Shown piece by piece: positions 61,964 to 64,000 of a stretch of 64,000 nt of DNA. The stretch is from Octopus vulgaris (lineage: Eukaryota). Under the pieces are notes generated by a model. The model saw nothing but the letters and a program-made list of their open reading frames with translations, had not been told where the DNA came from and did no database searches. Numbering within the stretch: the stretch's first letter is position 1; each line of letters starts with the position of its first letter. The stretch covers positions 15,190,001 through 15,254,000 of the forward strand of contig OX597828.1 of assembly GCA_951406725.2 (NCBI GenBank), written 5' to 3'. The translations under genes and the position numbers were made by a program.

Positions 61964-64000
61964 CTGTTAATTATTTTAAAACATAAAATTTATAATTTTT
62001 TTTTTAAGAAAGGAAACCCCCTTCCCTTCATAACCCTTTTTAGGGCCTCTTAAATTAGTGGGAAAGATGGGAGGAAGTTATTGATAGACAAGAGAGCTGA
62101 AGAACAATTGCAACAAAATGGATTCCACTAACTGCATTCAAAGACAAGGTGATGGTGAAGGTGTTGCTGATGGTCTTGAACAAAATGACAGATTAAGTCT
62201 ACAACCAATAAATAGAAATGGCTCATTTGACAGGCTTCCATACAGTTTCTGCTTACCAAATTTCACTCATACGATTTAGCTCAAAACAAAATTAGGTTAG
62301 AAAACCAAGGTGCTGCACCAAGAGACTGAACTGAAAACCATGTAGTTATGAAATAATCTTCTAAACCACAGAATCATACCAGCACCCAAATGGTTGTATT
62401 GAGTTTGTATAATATCCTCTCAGTTGAGGGGGCCTTGTTTTGGGAGTTACTTGGTGAATTCTCTAGTGCTGGTGCCACATAAAAAAGCATCCAGTACACT
62501 CTGTAAAATGGTTGGCATTAGGAAGGGTTTCCAGCTGCAGAAACCATGCCAAAATAGACACTGGAGCTTGGTTCGGCCTTCTGACTTGCTAACTCATACT
62601 GAATCATCTAACCCATGCCAGCATGGAGAATGATGATGGCAATGATTATAATGATGATGATGATGATGAATTTCCTACATGAACAAACACTATTTTTCTC
62701 CACACTAACAAACATTTATTTTTTGTCTTCATATTTATTGTACAAGAAAGTTTAATTACCCAACAAACAACTATTTGATCAAATCATCTGAATACATCCC
62801 TAGAATGAGATAGTTGTAAAGTGAACTGCTTAACCACAGAGCCATAGCTGCACCTCATGGTTGTATTCAGCTTATATTTTATCTTTCCCACACTAACAAA
62901 CACTATTGTACCCCATATTAATTGATTAATTTTTTTATCTAAAGTTTAGAAGAAAGTATTGCAACCCAAAAATAAATATTAAAAAAAACAAAAACTGAAA
63001 TTCAAACTGATAATAAAAGTATTGTTTTGTGGGTGTTTTGTAAGTAGTGTTGTTGTTGTTGCTGTTGTTTATAATCCTAGGTCATCCTTTATCAAGAAGA
63101 CATATTTTCAGAGGCATTCCCATCATGACCATTCTACCTAATTTTAAGATGGTACAGATGTGACTTCAGGAAAATGAAATTTGGTTATTATTTCTAGTGA
63201 GTCAAGTGTCTATGTAGGGGCTTCCCTCACTGACACATGCAAAGAGATGTTGTTGACACTGTTTAACCCCAAGTCAGTCACAATCAGAAATGTTCCAGCT
63301 TTGACCATCCCTTCTCTTTTTTTTCTCATACATAATGAATACAGGGTAACATTATCCAATGTCCTTCCTTTATTAAGGCAGTAAGCAGAGAAAGGGAGCA
63401 GATGAAAGGTCCGTCTATTTGACAGTTATTTTTAGCAGACTGAGTATTTGTTGGTTGTGCAAATAGGTGTTGCTGATGTTTAATTCCTGGTTACTCTGAT
63501 TAAGCAGTCATATGATCAAAAGGCATCCCAACTCTGACCACCCTATCTGTTGTTAGACCTATATTATCTAATATGTCATTTTATTTTTTAAAACAGTAAG
63601 GTTGGGGAGTGAGAATGATTTCAGAGGAAAGTTTGGTTGCTATTTCTAGCAGGTCGAGCAACCATGTAAATTCTCCCAGATTGACCGTTTTTGCAAATAG
63701 AGATTGCAAAATAGGTTTCAGTCTGAGGAGTATTATACTCTTGGTGCTAATGCCCTGGTATCACATTGAAGGAAACCCAATACACTAAACACACATCACA
63801 GAAGCAGTGGCATATTTAAATTTTGTAAGATTTCCTACAACCAGTTTCCTCACTGAAATAATTTTGCTTTTGACTCCACATACTGATACCTTCCTGGCTC
63901 CAGGCCAACTTTTATGTGAGGTATGATAGGAGAAAGCAGTAGCTATTGGTCTATTTCTTTTAAATTGAAGGGAACCAATCTGCCCCAAGATACATTTCAC

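Noticed and set aside
63785-64000. 71-aa minus-strand ORF as the next upstream anoctamin exon
   Set aside because: Lacks the expected AYPLH-type motif and a convincing phase-0 donor; the upstream exon is probably outside the window.

Overview
AT-rich eukaryotic genomic DNA. The SINE, MITE and microsatellite content looks like an octopus (coleoid cephalopod) genome; this is an inference from repeat style. The main feature is the 3' part of an anoctamin (TMEM16) gene on the minus strand. I assembled 16 coding exons by hand from 60916 down to the stop at 21017-21019. All have GT-AG boundaries and compatible phases, giving about 654 aa covering TM1-TM10 with the Ca2+-binding residues intact. The N-terminal exons lie beyond 64000. 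The rest is intron or downstream DNA containing tRNA-derived SINEs (at least four families), hAT/piggyBac/Tc1-mariner MITEs, a deleted mariner, decayed non-LTR retrotransposon pieces (CR1/L2, RTE, Hero-like, R4/Dong-like), microsatellites and a 20-bp minisatellite. Best leads: (1) a tRNA-headed element carrying a Penelope-type minimal hammerhead ribozyme and an inverted terminal duplication (44.2-44.5 kb), plus four unrelated short repeat families with hammerhead-like cores; (2) an anoctamin mixing TMEM16A-like and TMEM16F-like pore signatures; (3) a triplicated 5' splice site in hairpin-forming tandem repeats. Most ORFs in the supplied track are microsatellite or SINE artefacts. Repeat boundaries are approximate unless TSDs are given.
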